Assembly: GCA_946965045.2 (NCBI GenBank) | Contig: OX337233.1 | Span: 62,001-126,000, forward strand | Reading direction: 5' to 3' | From: Epithemia pelagica | Taxonomy: Eukaryota; Protista; Bacillariophyta | Length of the DNA stretch: 64,000 nt | Shown here: positions 10,074 through 23,488 of the stretch, piece after piece | Layout of the letters: each line of letters starts with the position of its first letter | Numbering within the stretch: the first letter of the stretch is position 1 | Translations under genes and position numbers: made by a program | Notes under the pieces: generated by a model | Database searches by the model: none | Seen by the model: only the letters and a program-made list of their open reading frames with translations | What the model was told of the DNA's origin: nothing

Positions 10074-11273
10074 CTAGCCTTTATCACAACGGCGTGTATT
10101 GGGCCTTGCCCGTTTACGAGCTGATATCAATGTGCAGGAGGGTGAGACATCAGCATCTCGGATACAAATACCTTCAAGAGAATGATACCATCCGTTCGGT
10201 TGCTGCTCACAGAGTCGATGAAAACACCATGAATTTCTATCCAGAAGTGGCAATGTCGCACACGAAGTAATGCGCCATCCACCAATCACGGCAACTTGAT
10301 TGGCAACAGACACCATACTGCAGCCCCAACGATCTTCTTGCAGTCCAGGGAGATTCCACACACGGTTGCGGTGCGTATCCAAAACTTCCACGGTTGAATT
10401 TCTCCATCCTCCCGCCACCACCAGACAAGATCCCACGGGAACCATTGCACAAGGACTTCGTGCATTGGAAAGCCTCAACTCCGAATGAGTGGTCCAGGTG
10501 GGTGAGAAAGAAATGAATGTAGAACCAGTCTCCTTTTTTGTCTCATCACTGTCACAGGGTGTTGTGTCGTCCAAATACTCCACCGAGGCAAGATTGCCAT
10601 GCTCATTAGACCCTCCAACGACAAAGATGCGGTGACCAATGACCGCACTGGCAAACCATTGTCGTGGAACAATCATGCTTGGTCCGGCAATGATAGTGTG
10701 GCTGTTTGTATCTAGAATATCCACCGACGCCAAGGTCTGTCTCCAGTAGCGTCCACCCATGACAACCATATATCGGTTGTGCACCGCAACAGCACAACAT
10801 CCATCTCGGCCCGTTGATAATCGACATGTCAATGTCGTCCAATGACGTTCATGTGTGGTGCTGGTTGTCAAAGATGATTGAAACAAATCATCCAAGTCAA
10901 TTCGTTCCAGACAATCCAAAGATGTTGTATTGCGACCTCCCATCACGTAGACGCCACCGTTGCACGCAACAGTGGCATGTCCAGCACGTTTCTTGTTCAT
11001 GGGTGGCCCTTCTCGCCACTGCTTGTTTGGGTCTTCCAGATTCAATAGCAGAACGGAATTGACATCGCCTTGGCCTTGTTGATATCCGCCCAACACGACG
11101 ACCGTCTGCCCCCTGTTGTTGGTCTCGTTTTCCGTATCGAGATGATTCAGTACGACCGAACTATGACCTGCACGCCATCCACCCTCAAGAGGAGGCCAAT
11201 CGTTTTCATTCCATTCTGCTGTCTCGTCTGAAAGGAAAAGGTCCGACTGCCATGCTTGTTCTTTCAGAGTCAT
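10074..11273 (-). CDS. Kelch-repeat protein K4, 399 aa
   Basis: Six blades; start MTLKEQAW at 11273 by homology with paralogues; C-terminal SARKRARP. Confidence 0.9.
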   Translation of the reverse strand: MTLKEQAWQSDLFLSDETAEWNENDWPPLEGGWRAGHSSVVLNHLDTENETNNRGQTVVVLGGYQQGQGDVNSVLLLNLEDPNKQWREGPPMNKKRAGHATVACNGGVYVMGGRNTTSLDCLERIDLDDLFQSSLTTSTTHERHWTTLTCRLSTGRDGCCAVAVHNRYMVVMGGRYWRQTLASVDILDTNSHTIIAGPSMIVPRQWFASAVIGHRIFVVGGSNEHGNLASVEYLDDTTPCDSDETKKETGSTFISFSPTWTTHSELRLSNARSPCAMVPVGSCLVVAGGWRNSTVEVLDTHRNRVWNLPGLQEDRWGCSMVSVANQVAVIGGWRITSCATLPLLDRNSWCFHRLCEQQPNGWYHSLEGICIRDADVSPSCTLISARKRARPNTRRCDKG

Positions 11274-14200
11274 GCTCAGTCTTCCTTTTGTTGACCGCAG
11301 CGCATTTATGATGATCAAAGGAGCACACTGATGACTGTGTAATAGATTGCAGTGGGCTGCTCGGATGGGTGTGGACTGGAAAAAGAAGAGTACACACTGT
11401 AATCCCCAGCGGGGGAATCATGAGGATTAGTGACACAGTGGTTAAAAAACAGAGAGGACGACACAAACGACGCGACCTATCCTTACATTCTTGTGCGATG
11501 GGACGTAGGCTTATGAGTACTACACGTGGAAGCCTTCGAGCCAGTGCTTTTGTCGGGTACGTACATAACACCACACACACATCTTTTGCCTAAATACAAA
11601 CAAAACATCATGGATTGGATTCCAATTATGGGTACATCCGGACTGTTGACGAATGTGAATTGCATTGTCTCGTGCCTGACGTCTCAATTCACATCAGAGA
11701 ATGCTGATGGACTGGTTTCAGCTTCGACATGCGGCAGATCGCACCAGCAGCAAGTTTAATGGAACCACTGTCGACCCAGTTGCGTCAGTCCCAGAGACTT
11801 CTTCCTTCCCCTTGATGGTTCCATTCCATCTTTGCTCGATCAATAATGATTCGTTCTTCACAAGACGACGGACGAGGAATGTAGAGAAGCAGCAACCAAC
11901 CATGCTCGATTTCCAAAAAAGAACCATCAGAGAAGCGGACAACAGGGTCCACAAGGTTTTTAGCTTGTCGTGCTTTTCGTCCTATTACTGCTCCTCTCAT
12001 CATCGGACATTGGAATCCACCCGTTTCGTCCTTTTGTCAGATTCATTGACCACAAGAGACCATGAACCAAGCCACACAAGGAGCACGACCAACAGATGTC
12101 GAAACTCGTGGTTCGTGGCGGGAAAGCAGCAATGGTAACACAGTCATTCGATTGTGCTACGATGATGCCGACAACACAAAAACAACTACAACCAGTTACA
12201 CCCAAACATCAACAAGAACTACCGTCCTGCTTGTTCGTTGAGGAGCACGACAAGAAGAGAAAAATCAGGATTTCCGATCCACATATAGAGGACCCGAACA
12301 ACAAGAACAACAACAATTGTCGCATGCATAGCAGGAATCCAGGGTTTTGTCCTCCTTCGCGTAATTGCCTATAGTAACGAATGAATGGTTTCGATCGAAG
12401 CATTGACGATTGGTGGTTCAGGACAAAATAAGACCAGTTGGTTATATTTTTGAACACGGCCCACCAGCACCACAATGATAAACCACCAACACGGGGGTCG
12501 TCACGAAGCTACATGGACAAGGATCATGTTTCGAGAACTGCAGGTATGTATCATGCAAGGACCCAACCGCACAAATTGATGCTTGGCCGAATCCGAAACC
12601 ACCCTTCGAACGAGTCGCTGTGCCTTCTTAGACGTTGTTTCGTGAAGGTGTTTCTGGCGCGGTGCACGACCATGATCTTCCACAACAAGATGATCCGATC
12701 TTTTCAACAACAGATAGAACTGTTGCCAATTCCAAGAAACACTCCGAGTGTATCCAAGAACAAAAGGACTGTCATCTCACCAGCATTATTTGTGCTCTCG
12801 AACATCATAGATGGTGCGCGGAGAAAGAAAATGAAGAGAATATTGGTGTCGTATGGACTGCGGGGTGCTTCCGGTTTTCCTCTTTCACTTCCGGTCTGCA
12901 CCATGGTCGATGCCCCTTGCCAAATCTTGTGCCAACCTTTTTTCTCATTCACGATATTGTTCCATGCCATCCTGTGTGTCGAGGAATATCGACAGAGACG
13001 TTTCTGCCTGCCAATGACACCAATGTGTGGCTGTTCCCCGCTCTTGCTGCTCCAGAATCAATGCAAAGAATATTGCCATCCCGTTGCTGCTTGAAATGAC
13101 GACAACAAGAAATCCTCCACCAGCATCGACCAGTGGCCGTAGCACCATTATCAATCATCACAACAGGACCCGAAAGATGTCTTGTCACAACAACAATAAA
13201 CAACCAACCACCACAGGTACAAGACTCGGTTTCCCTACGTCCATGCTCAGGCGCAATGATGACACGTTCTTCGAAAGAGGAGGAAGAGGAAAGTATAGAA
13301 GCAGCATCCCCTCATGACACAATCCTCCCAACTTCCATGCACAAGTCAACCCTTTGTCAATTTCTAGCAAGAACCTCAAGAGAAGCAGACAATAGGATCA
13401 AGATGGTTTCGCATTGTCGTGATTATTCTCTCCCTGCTCCTCTCATCGTCGGACATTTGAATCCACCCGTTTCGTCCTTTTGTTGGATTCATCGACCACG
13501 AGACCATGAACCAAGCCACACAAGGATCAGGATCAAGAGATGCCTCAACTCGCGATTCGTGGTGGAAAGGACCAAAGACCACACAGTTATTCGATTGCAC
13601 TACAGTGATGATGACTGCACCTAACAACAACAACGAGTTACACCCAATCATCAACAACAAGAGCCGTTCTGCTCATTCATCAAGGAGCACGGCAAGACGA
13701 GAAAAATCATGTTTGACGATCTACCAGCAAGACCCAAACAACAATAACAGTCGTCGCATGCACAGCAGGCATCCCGTTTTGTCCTCCTTCTCGCAATTTT
13801 CAAATAGGCAAAGTAAAGCCATATACTCCGTGCTGGATCGGTTGCTTCGCGCAACCATGGGACCGTTGTTGTCGGAATGGCGGGTTGGTGTGCATCGGCC
13901 TATCGACATGCCGTACCAACCTTGCTTCAACTGCAAGAACGGATGTTGACGACGGCCAATGAAGGCATGGACCAAGTCTCGATTCAATCTCTCATTGCGA
14001 AAGCACAAATCTCACTTTTCTCAATGTCGTCCGCATCTTGTTCCATGGCTCGTCCCCAGTCAAATCGTCTTCAATCAACTCTGGATGGGAGTTCGGCTTT
14101 GGAGACGATTGACAAGGTATCATCATCGACTGCTCGCAATTTCTCTTGAATGGTTGAACAACAAAGGTTTTGCCGTTCATACCTATACAAGGGATTGTGG

Positions 14201-14874
14201 CACCATCTCCGATATTCATTACTGATGGCATGGGTATGCAATCCGTGGGAGACGCCCGGTTGGTATCCGGCTCGATTGCTCAAGCTTGCATAGGTCCCGA
14301 TTGGTACAAGGGTTTCATTACCGATGCCCATGCCGATGGAAGGTTTAGTCTCGATTTGTGGACAGGGCATATTGCTTTGATCTTCTTACCGTGATTGGAG
14401 AAACGAATCAAGTACGAGTCATCGATGACAATAATACCGACGACAGCAACAGTACGCAAACACACACGTGGCTGTATGAAGATTGTCGTGTGATTGCGGT
14501 CGAGTGTAGTCGGACACAGCAAATCGCGACGCCCCTTCTACAGTCCTGGTACATGATTGTGTACCGTGAGTTTGAAGACGGTGAGATTTGGTACAAGATT
14601 GAACTTGGTGATATTCAGCAAACTGTCAGAAAAAAGAATGAGGCACGTCCTCTACATTCATAGTGATTAGTTTGTGACTCTTGGAGTCCAGCCAAAAAAA
14701 GCGAATTCTGCCAAACCATCTCTTGAATCTGATTGGTAAAGGCTAGCAAAGCAATTCACACAGCGACGAAAACACTCAACACAAAGGACACCTCTAGATA
14801 GTCTTTGTCTTTTCGTAAAAGTCACGTTCTGCCGGACGCTGCAATTCCATGAGTGATTTTATTCTTTTGTACAA

Positions 14875-15090
14875 TTCAGGATTATCCTTCCCTTTTTCAA
14901 TACAGTGCGTATTGGTCGTGCTTCATTTAGATTTAGATTTTGACGCGGAGCGTTCGAGGTGATATCCGAAGGGTGGGAGATTCTACACGCGGGTGCGGTG
15001 CGTATCCAAAGGTTTCCACAGTTGAATTGCGTCGTCGTCCCGCCACGACCAGCCAGGATCCCACAACAATCATTGCACAAGAACATCGTG
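14875..15090 (-). pseudogene. Eroded Kelch fragment (blade 5/6 junction fused to gene 3' end)
   Basis: GGGAGATTCTACACGCGGGTGCGGTGCGTATCCAA matches the conserved DTHRNRVWNLP segment; the adjacent stretch matches the Kelch stop region. Confidence 0.75.
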
Positions 15091-15382
15091 GATAGGAAAG
15101 AACCAAATCAGAATAAGTGATCCATGGATGATGACTCTGTGTCCTACAAAGTGCCATGATGCCACCACAAAGTCCCAGATTCTTGTCTCACGACCGCACG
15201 ACCACGGCAGTGGCTCTTCCACATGTAGAGACAAAAATGTGGTCTTCCTTCCCCGCCTTTGACAACAAACCAGCACATTCTATCTTGCAACATAATCTTT
15301 CAACTTTTGAGTAAACCACTTACTAGGTTCTAGGGTTACAATCGAACATAGAAAACAAGTCAGTGACTTGAGAACAAAACGT

Positions 15383-16606
15383 CTAGTAGGCTTCATCCAT
15401 CCCTTCATCACCACGGTGAGTATTTGACCTTGCGCGTTTAAGAGTTGATGTCGATGTAAAGAAGGGTGAGATATCTTCATTTCGGATAACGGCATTTTCA
15501 AGAGAATGATACCATCCGTTCGATTGGTGCTCACATAGTCGACGAAAACACCACGAATTCCTATCCATTAGTGGCAATGTCGCACAGGAAGTAGTGCGCC
15601 ATCCACCAATCACGGCAACTTGATTGGCAACAGTTACTAGACTGAAGCCTTCGCGGTCATTTCCGACTGGTCGGAGATTCCAAACGCGGTTGCGGCGCGT
15701 ATCCAAGACTTCCACGGTTGAATGGCCTTGTCTACCCGCCACTACCAGACACGATCCCACAGCAACCATTGCACAAGAACCTCGAAGTTCGGAAAGCCTC
15801 AACTCCGAATGAGTGATCCAGGTGGGTGAGAAAGAAGTGAACGTCGAGCCAGTTTCCTTTTCTGTCTCATCACTGTCCCAGGGTGTTGTGTCGTCCAAAT
15901 ACTCCACCGAGTGAAGCATGCCATGCTCATTACGGCCTCCAGCGACAAAAATGCGGTGACCAACGACCTCACTGGCACACCATGTTCGTGGAACAGTCAT
16001 TCTTGGCCCCGCAGTGACAGTGTGATTGTTTGTATCTATAATATCTACCGACGACAAATTACGATCGTGGTAGCCACCCATTATAACGATGTATCGGTTG
16101 TGAACCGCAGCAGCACAACATCCCCATCGTTTCGCTGATAAGCGACATGTCAATGTCGTCCAATGGCTCTTCTTCGAGCTGCTTGATGTCGAAGATGGTT
16201 GGAGCAAATCGGTGGCATTTATTTGTTCGATACAATCCAAACTTGAATTTCCATTGTATCCTCCCATCACGTAGACACCTCCATTGCACACAACACTGGC
16301 ATGTCCATAACGTGCCTTGTTCATGGATGGCCCTTCTCGCCACTGTTTGTTTGGGTCTGCTAAATTCAATACAAGCACGGACTTGGTATAGCCTTGACCT
16401 TGTTGATGTCCTCCCAACACCACGACGGTTTGTCTCTTCGGGTTGTTGTCGTTGCCGTCCGGATCGGGATGATTTAGTACAACCGTAGCATGACGATAAC
16501 GCCATCCACCCATAAGAGGAGGCCAGTCGTTTTCATTCCATTCTGCTGTCCCGTCTGAAAGGACAAGGCCCAACTGCCAGGCTTGTTCTTTCAGTGTTGT
16601 GGTCAT
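15383..16606 (-). CDS. Kelch-repeat protein K5
   Basis: Six blades; ATG of MTTTLKEQAW at 16606. Confidence 0.9.
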   Translation of the reverse strand: MTTTLKEQAWQLGLVLSDGTAEWNENDWPPLMGGWRYRHATVVLNHPDPDGNDNNPKRQTVVVLGGHQQGQGYTKSVLVLNLADPNKQWREGPSMNKARYGHASVVCNGGVYVMGGYNGNSSLDCIEQINATDLLQPSSTSSSSKKSHWTTLTCRLSAKRWGCCAAAVHNRYIVIMGGYHDRNLSSVDIIDTNNHTVTAGPRMTVPRTWCASEVVGHRIFVAGGRNEHGMLHSVEYLDDTTPWDSDETEKETGSTFTSFSPTWITHSELRLSELRGSCAMVAVGSCLVVAGRQGHSTVEVLDTRRNRVWNLRPVGNDREGFSLVTVANQVAVIGGWRTTSCATLPLMDRNSWCFRRLCEHQSNGWYHSLENAVIRNEDISPFFTSTSTLKRARSNTHRGDEGMDEAY

Positions 16607-19218
16607 GGTTCCACACAATGACGGCAGCGAATTTTATGAGGAGGATCGAAAGGCATCAGTTTTGATGCTGATGGATGCGGACTGATGGAACATCAACTCA
16701 AAATTTTCTGAACTACGCGTGGAAGCATTTGAGCCAGAATGTCTGTCGTAGGTACGCAATCTTGGGCAAGAGTGGGTCGCACATATAATGCATGACAGAA
16801 CAAAACAGCAGATTCGAATTCATAGATCCAGCAAAACAAGAAAGATGGACAAGACGGCGCATGATCATCATATTTTCTTCGTTGACCAAGTGTACCGAAT
16901 TCGAGCTATGGGAGTGGTGCTGTTCTCTTCGAAAGAGAGAATGAAGGACGGCAGGAGCAACAACACTACCAACACAACGTGGTCTCTGCAAGGGATTCGA
17001 ATCCATTCCGTGTCATGAAACGTTCGCGTGGTTATCCTTCTCCGTTTGCTCGTCTTGTTTCCGGTCGTCTATGAGCAGCAAAACGGCTGAGATCCTGATT
17101 GACGCACGACAAAAGGGCAACCACCTCTATTTCCTATTCGGCAACAAAAAAACATCCTCCTTATCAACAACTACTACACTACTCGTTCTCCTTTGGTAGT
17201 CGGCTTACCCATACAAGCCATGGAAGCTTGGTGTCTCATGACACAGTGTCACGTGACGAGTATCTGTCATCCCTAATGGTGGAATCCATCATTACGCCTC
17301 CTCCCAAAATCATGGGATCCTCCAATCCACACAATCAGGAATTGGAATTCGACAAACGGAGAGTGATACAATTCATGACTTCAACAAGACCATTTGGTAT
17401 CATTTCTTTAAACAGGCTCCTCCCATACGTGCGGAAAGCTAATGTCTTTGGGATATTTTCGGTCCCCACGGATTTGTGATTGGTATGCGCCAACCACTGT
17501 CCGAACGAGCTTGGTCTGTGAAAGGACAGCCTTGGGAGACTACTGCTCTTATTGGTGGGACACGAGAGTGTCAACGACTCTTGCGCACCGCATCCATCCC
17601 GATTGGCTGCAACCGTGGGAGACTACATCTCTGGGAGGACCGCAAGCAAATGCGTCTTGAGAAGAGTTTCAACCGTTGGTAGTGCGAGTGGAGGACGCAC
17701 AGCAATGGTTTCCTGGTGTGGATGGGATTGGACGACGAACGACGACGCTGGGGCTATTCTTGAGCCACATGTGGAACGATTGTTGGTTCGAGGCCGTCCA
17801 GGGACAGCCACCAAAATACTAGAGGGATGCCCCATCTTGCCCGTCGAATATACTCCTTTGCGCAGAAAGTCTTGGTCCGGAACTCCAAACACAACAAGCA
17901 TGTAATACACACGTTTGACAATGTATACATTGTCACAACTTCTCCTTGAAACAGGTTGAGTGGCAGGCAGTACCTTCTTGGTTGTCGCCCATACTGCTGT
18001 CCATTCGAACGCGACCCACACGTTCCTTCTTCTTCTTGTGTGGTTCCAGCATATGCGCATCACGGATGAAGATTCGACTCGAACCTGTGGTTGGAGGTTG
18101 AACACCACAACAAGACGTTGTGTACAAAAGCGGGTAAAGGTATGAATTTTCTTTCAACCTGGTCGGAGCGGCTATTCAATAGTGACCTCTCAAGCTACCC
18201 TTGCTCGCTGGACGGGCGTGACCTTGGTTCTTTGTCGGTATCTCTTTCAACCATTGATCGTCTTCAAAGACGACGCTGATCGTTTGGATGCCTATCGTGT
18301 TTGCCGGCTCCACACACCAGTGAAGAATTGATCATGGGAAAGGGTCGCATCGCCCTTTCAAGTCTAATACATACGAAGATTCAAGCTGGTTGTCGGTGTG
18401 GAACGACAAGGCAGCAACACCAACCAGAATCCAACGAAGAAGAAGAAGAACAAGCAGTTCTAGTAGACTACAGCCAAGACATGATCGGCGGCAGTCGTGG
18501 TCGTGGTTTTGTGGTGTTGTACGAGGCACAAAGCTTGTACTGGCCAATGTCCAACGCTGCTGTTCGACAGTGTTGTAATCGTGCAACAAGGTTTCGACGG
18601 AACTGGCATTGAGGGGCAAGACATAACTTTGCACACTACGATTGTTCTTGTTGATCCCCATGGACCGATACCCATGGACTGTCAACGAGCTACTAATGCG
18701 GAGAGACTGATTGCTGTATCGACGCAAGCAAATTGCTGACCTCATCATAAAGACTTCACAAAGACTAGTTGCTGTAGTGGAGGAAATATCGAACACTTCG
18801 GTGGCAAAAATTCCAAAGGGTTCTGTCACCCGAAACCACAAGCATCGAGAGACGGGGTACTGTCCTCTCACGTAGGCGTTAGCCATAGAAAGCCCGGACT
18901 CCACAATTGAACGCATGGTCGACCGTCCAAACGAGTCGCTGCGCCAAGTGTTGCAGGCACGCAACCATAATTTTCCACAGCATGATAAGTCGACCCATTC
19001 AACAGCAGAGAGGCATGGTACCATGGACATCTACCCGAGGCCTGGTTCCACTCCTGTTTGCGGTGTCATGCCGGATGGTGTAACTTTCATTTTCTACAAT
19101 GTGATATCTCTATAGTTCGCAATGCCATGAAGAAAACAATCCAACTACTGTTTGAGAGTAAAATGATAATGCTATAGTTCCGCTATTGTTAGGACATACA
19201 TGCAATACGTTGCAAATT

Positions 19219-20424
19219 TCAAGTTCCATCCTTCCCTTTTTCACCACGGTGCGCACTGGACCTTGCGCGTTTACGAGCTGATGTCGAGGTGGAGAAGGGT
19301 GAAATATCAGCATGTTGGATATTCATTCCTTCCCCCAAAAGACACCATCTGTTGGGCTGCTGCTCACAGAGTCGTTGAAAACACCACGTATGCTTGTCCA
19401 GTAGTGGTAATGTCGCACAGGCAGAACTGCCAAAACCACTTATCACGGCAACATGATTGGCAACAATCGCCATACTGAAGTGATCGCGGCGATTTCCGAA
19501 TGGTGGGAGATTCCACACACGGTTGCGGTGCGTATCCAAGACGTCCACGGTTGAATTGCTTAGTCCTCCGGCCACTACCAAACAGGATCCCACGGTAACC
19601 ACTGCACAAGAACTTCGTGCATTGGAAAGCACCATTTTAGAATGAGCGGTCCAGGTCGACGAGAAAGAAATGAACGTCGAGCCAGTTTCCTTTTTTGTCT
19701 CATCACTTTCACATGGCCTTTCGAAGTCCAAATACTCCAGCGAGTCAAGATTGTCGTCCTCGTTACGGCCTCCAACGACAAAGATGCGGTGACCAATGAC
19801 CGCACTGTCACAAAATTGCCGAGGAATAGTCATGCTTGGTCCTGCAATGACAGTATGGTTGCTAGTGTCAATAAAATCCACCGAAGACATATAATGATCG
19901 TTGTAGCCGCCCATTACAACGATGTATCGGTTGTGAACCGCGACAGCACAACATCCAAACCGTCGCGTTGATAATCGACATGTCAATGTCGTCCAATTAC
20001 TCGTATGTGTGGTGCTTGCTGTTAAAAATGGTTGTAGTATATCGTTCGCATCAATGCGTTCGATACAATCCAAAGTTGCTGTATTGCGACCTCCCATCAC
20101 GTAGACGCCGCCATTGCACAAAACAGCGGCATGTCCTCGACGACTCTTGTTCATTGGTGGCCCCTCTCGCCACTGCTTGTCTGGGTCTGCCAAATTTAAT
20201 ACAAGAATGGAATTGACCTCGCCATAACCTGTTCGATATCCGCCCAACACGACGACGGTTTGTTCCGTCTTGTTATCGGGATGATCGAGAACGACCGAAG
20301 CATGATAGCAACGCCATCCACCCGCAAGAGGAGGCCAGTCCTCGAAATTCCATTCAGGTGTCTCGTCTAACAGGACAAGGCCCGACTGCCATGCTTGCTT
20401 TTGCAGTGTCGTTGTCATGGTCAT
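19219..20424 (-). CDS. Kelch-repeat protein K6, ~401 aa
   Basis: Six blades; homologous start MTMTTTLQKQAW at 20424. The 88-aa upstream extension in the ORF track corresponds to non-coding upstream module A. Confidence 0.9.
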   Translation of the reverse strand: MTMTTTLQKQAWQSGLVLLDETPEWNFEDWPPLAGGWRCYHASVVLDHPDNKTEQTVVVLGGYRTGYGEVNSILVLNLADPDKQWREGPPMNKSRRGHAAVLCNGGVYVMGGRNTATLDCIERIDANDILQPFLTASTTHTSNWTTLTCRLSTRRFGCCAVAVHNRYIVVMGGYNDHYMSSVDFIDTSNHTVIAGPSMTIPRQFCDSAVIGHRIFVVGGRNEDDNLDSLEYLDFERPCESDETKKETGSTFISFSSTWTAHSKMVLSNARSSCAVVTVGSCLVVAGGLSNSTVDVLDTHRNRVWNLPPFGNRRDHFSMAIVANHVAVISGFGSSACATLPLLDKHTWCFQRLCEQQPNRWCLLGEGMNIQHADISPFSTSTSARKRARSSAHRGEKGKDGT

Positions 20425-22270
20425 GGCGCGTTTTACGCAATTGTCGACAAAAAATGGCAGCTTTGTAATTGAGCAACGCGTGGAAGCTTTCTCAGCGTGT
20501 TTTCTTGGTATGTCCTGCGTACGATGGTAAAGGGCAGCCAGTCGCACATAGATTTCATGACAAGCCCCAAGGAAAGTATCTTTTCTGTAAGATAGGACGA
20601 GACGAGGGAGAGAGATCGACATCCCAATCTGTGATGAAGAGGTCCTCCTATGACGAAGAGGTCCACAGATCGACAATCCAACATCCACTGGGTAGATATC
20701 TCTACTTTCTGAGTCATGATAGCTCTCGATGGGGAGTCATTCCGACCAACGACACCACAAACACAAATGGCCATGGAGAGGTGTCCGCTGTCTGGAGCCG
20801 TCGCTCCTCCCTGAAGACTACAATAAACGAGAATCACACGACCCACTACAATTTTCAACGGAAACAATGGCCGTTCTTCAAAGAGGAGGATGAGGAAAGT
20901 GGAAAAGCATCAACCATTCCTGACACTCTGCTGCTTTTGTTTCCATTCCCAAATCGACCCATGGTCCAAACAAGGACGACAACAAGAACCATGAAATCCA
21001 CAACATGGGTGACAATGTATTAGTTTACAATGAACCATACTTTGGATACTAACATGATTGTCTGGGATGGCCGCAGAAGCCACACACATGAATGGTTGAT
21101 ACATAGCGTGCTGGTGTCTGGTGCACACCAGCGACAGCTTTGTGGTGATTACAGCACAGGTCGAAGCGACCCAATTGCGCCATTCCGACTGCGACGAGCA
21201 AAACCATTCCACCACAACCGCCTCGGGCGACTACTGTTCCAACACGACCAACCATTCATACGGTGGGGGTGACAAGGCTTCCATGATGGCCAAGACATGA
21301 CCGGTGGCATTCGTTGTCGTGATTGTGTTGTTGGTGCTGCTGAGTTCGGTACGAGGCAAAAAGGATGTAGTGGTCGAGGTCCAACACTGATGCTGTTCGA
21401 CAGTGTTATTGTCGTGCAATAAGGTTTCGGCGGAACTGGCATTGAGGGGCAAGACATTGCGATGGGGAACAGCTTGTTTCCAGGCATGAGCAATCGAACG
21501 AGCAATGCTGCGACCGAAAGTAGTGGTGGTGGAGGTGTCCTGTCTGTCTCGTCGCAACGTCGAGACTCGATTCCTTGTTGTCGTTCTGGTCCATTGCGAC
21601 AACTGGCACGATCTTCGATCCGATTTGGTGGGGATCTTCTTTGACTCGTCATCTTTATTCGGCCATTCCGGCTTGACATCACATGACAAGTGCAGAAACC
21701 TATTGCGATTCACATGCAACAGCAGCTAGAAGAAGGCATCGCGACTGGAGCACGGAGACTCCTCCGAAAGGGACAACCTGTTCTTGGCCATCATGTTGGA
21801 ATTGGATATGATACGGTCCTCCCTCCTTACTTTCATCCAAACTCGACCCATTGTCATCTTTCGAGGAAGAACCATTCGAAGTGGACATCATCAGGTCCAA
21901 CAAGGTTTCGTCTTGGCGTGCTTCTGTTCCTGCTCCTCTCATCGGTTGGTGGCCTCCCTGCCACAGCTACCAATCCATGGAGAACGACTCTGTGCTATGT
22001 AGAGAGCCATGATGCCACCACAGTGCCCGATTCTGGTCTCACAACTGCACTGTCACGGTGGTGGCACTGTCCCACAACTGACAGGTAACAGGTAATGGCC
22101 GGAGCGTAGTACCACTTGTAGAGGTACACAAATTGGGTCGTTCCTTGACAACAAACAAGCACCTTCTTTCTTGCAACATGTTCTTTCTACTTTTGAGTAA
22201 ACACTTAATACGAGGTGGTAGGATTGCAATCGAATGTAGAAAACAAGTCCACCACTCGAGAAATAAATGG

Positions 22271-23488
22271 CTAGGTTTCATCATGCCCTCTATCTTTTTG
22301 GCATGTATTGGGCCTTGCTCGTTTACGAGCTGATGCCGAGGTGATGAAGAGTGAGATATCAGCATCTCGGATACCCATACCTTTAAGAGAATGATACCAT
22401 CCGTTCGATTGCTGCTCACAAAGTCGACGAAAACACCACGAATTCTTGTCCATTAGCGGTAATGTCGCACAGGTAGAATTGCTCCACCCACCAATCACGG
22501 CAACTTGATTGGCAACAGTCACCATACTGCATCCGTTGCGGTGATTGTGGTCATTTCCGAATGGTGGGAGATTCCACACGCGGTTGCGGTTCGTATCCAA
22601 GACATCAACGGTTTGACGGCTTCCTCCTGCCACCACCAGACAAGATCCCACGGCAACCATTGCACAAGAATCTGGAGGGTTGGAAAGCACCAAATGAGTG
22701 ATCCAAGTGGACGAGAAAGAAATGAATGTCGAACCAGTCTCCTTTTTTGTCTCATCACTTCCACAGGGTGTTGTGCTGTCCAAATGCTCCAGCGAGTCAA
22801 GATTGCCATTCACATTACGGCCTCCAACAACGAAGATACGGTGACCAACGACCGCGCTGCCAAAATATGACCGAGGAACAGTCAAAGATGGTCCCTCAAT
22901 GACAGCATGGTTTCTGGTATCAACAATATCCACTGACGACAAATAACGATTGCTGTGTCCACCCACTACAACAATGTATCGGTTGTGAACCGCAACAGCA
23001 CAACATCCCATTCGTCCCGTTGATAAGCGACAATTCAATGTAGTCCAATGACTCTCATGCGTGGTGGTTGTTGTTAAGGATGATTGTAGCAAATCATTGG
23101 AATCGATTCTTTCGATACAATCCCAAATTGAATCTCGATGGCGTCCTCCCATCACGTAGACGCCACCGTTGCACGCAACAGTGGCATGTCCAGCACGTTT
23201 CTTGTTCATGGGTGGCCCTTCTCGCCACTGCTTGTTTGGGTCTGCCAGATTCAATACGAGAACGGAATTGACATATCGTTGGCTTTGTTGATATCCTCCC
23301 AACACGACGACCGTCTGCCCCCTGTTGTTGGTCTCGTTTTCCGTATCGGGGTGATCAAGTACGACCGTAGCATGACACGAACGCCATCCACCTTCGAGAG
23401 AAGGCCAATCGTTTTCATTCCATTCAGGTGTCTCGTCTAACAGGGCAAGGCCCGACTGCCATGCTTGTTCGTTCAGTGTCGTTGTCAT
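22271..23488 (-). CDS. Kelch-repeat protein K7
   Basis: Six blades; ATG at 23488; C-terminal SARKRARP. Confidence 0.9.
   Translation of the reverse strand: MTTTLNEQAWQSGLALLDETPEWNENDWPSLEGGWRSCHATVVLDHPDTENETNNRGQTVVVLGGYQQSQRYVNSVLVLNLADPNKQWREGPPMNKKRAGHATVACNGGVYVMGGRHRDSIWDCIERIDSNDLLQSSLTTTTTHESHWTTLNCRLSTGRMGCCAVAVHNRYIVVVGGHSNRYLSSVDIVDTRNHAVIEGPSLTVPRSYFGSAVVGHRIFVVGGRNVNGNLDSLEHLDSTTPCGSDETKKETGSTFISFSSTWITHLVLSNPPDSCAMVAVGSCLVVAGGSRQTVDVLDTNRNRVWNLPPFGNDHNHRNGCSMVTVANQVAVIGGWSNSTCATLPLMDKNSWCFRRLCEQQSNGWYHSLKGMGIRDADISLFITSASARKRARPNTCQKDRGHDET

Noticed and set aside
13877-14149. Possible conserved small protein (TLLQLQERMLT...QISLFSM), paralogue at 29822-30028
   Set aside because: The similarity is explained by the duplicated spacer; ORF boundaries differ between copies and no frame is clearly favoured.
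17750-18000. Cys/His-rich translation resembling a zinc finger
   Set aside because: Interrupted by stops, spacing fits no defined finger, and there is no second copy to test.
18332-19030. 232-aa ORF in a spacer block
   Set aside because: The paralogous block at ~36000-36950 has stops and frameshifts in this frame; only a short patch (FGIFxTxVFDISS) is similar, which is insufficient to call a gene.
20425-20688. N-terminal extension of K6 (489-aa ORF) as an extra domain
   Set aside because: It is upstream module A, which is not open in K2, K7 or the empty unit.
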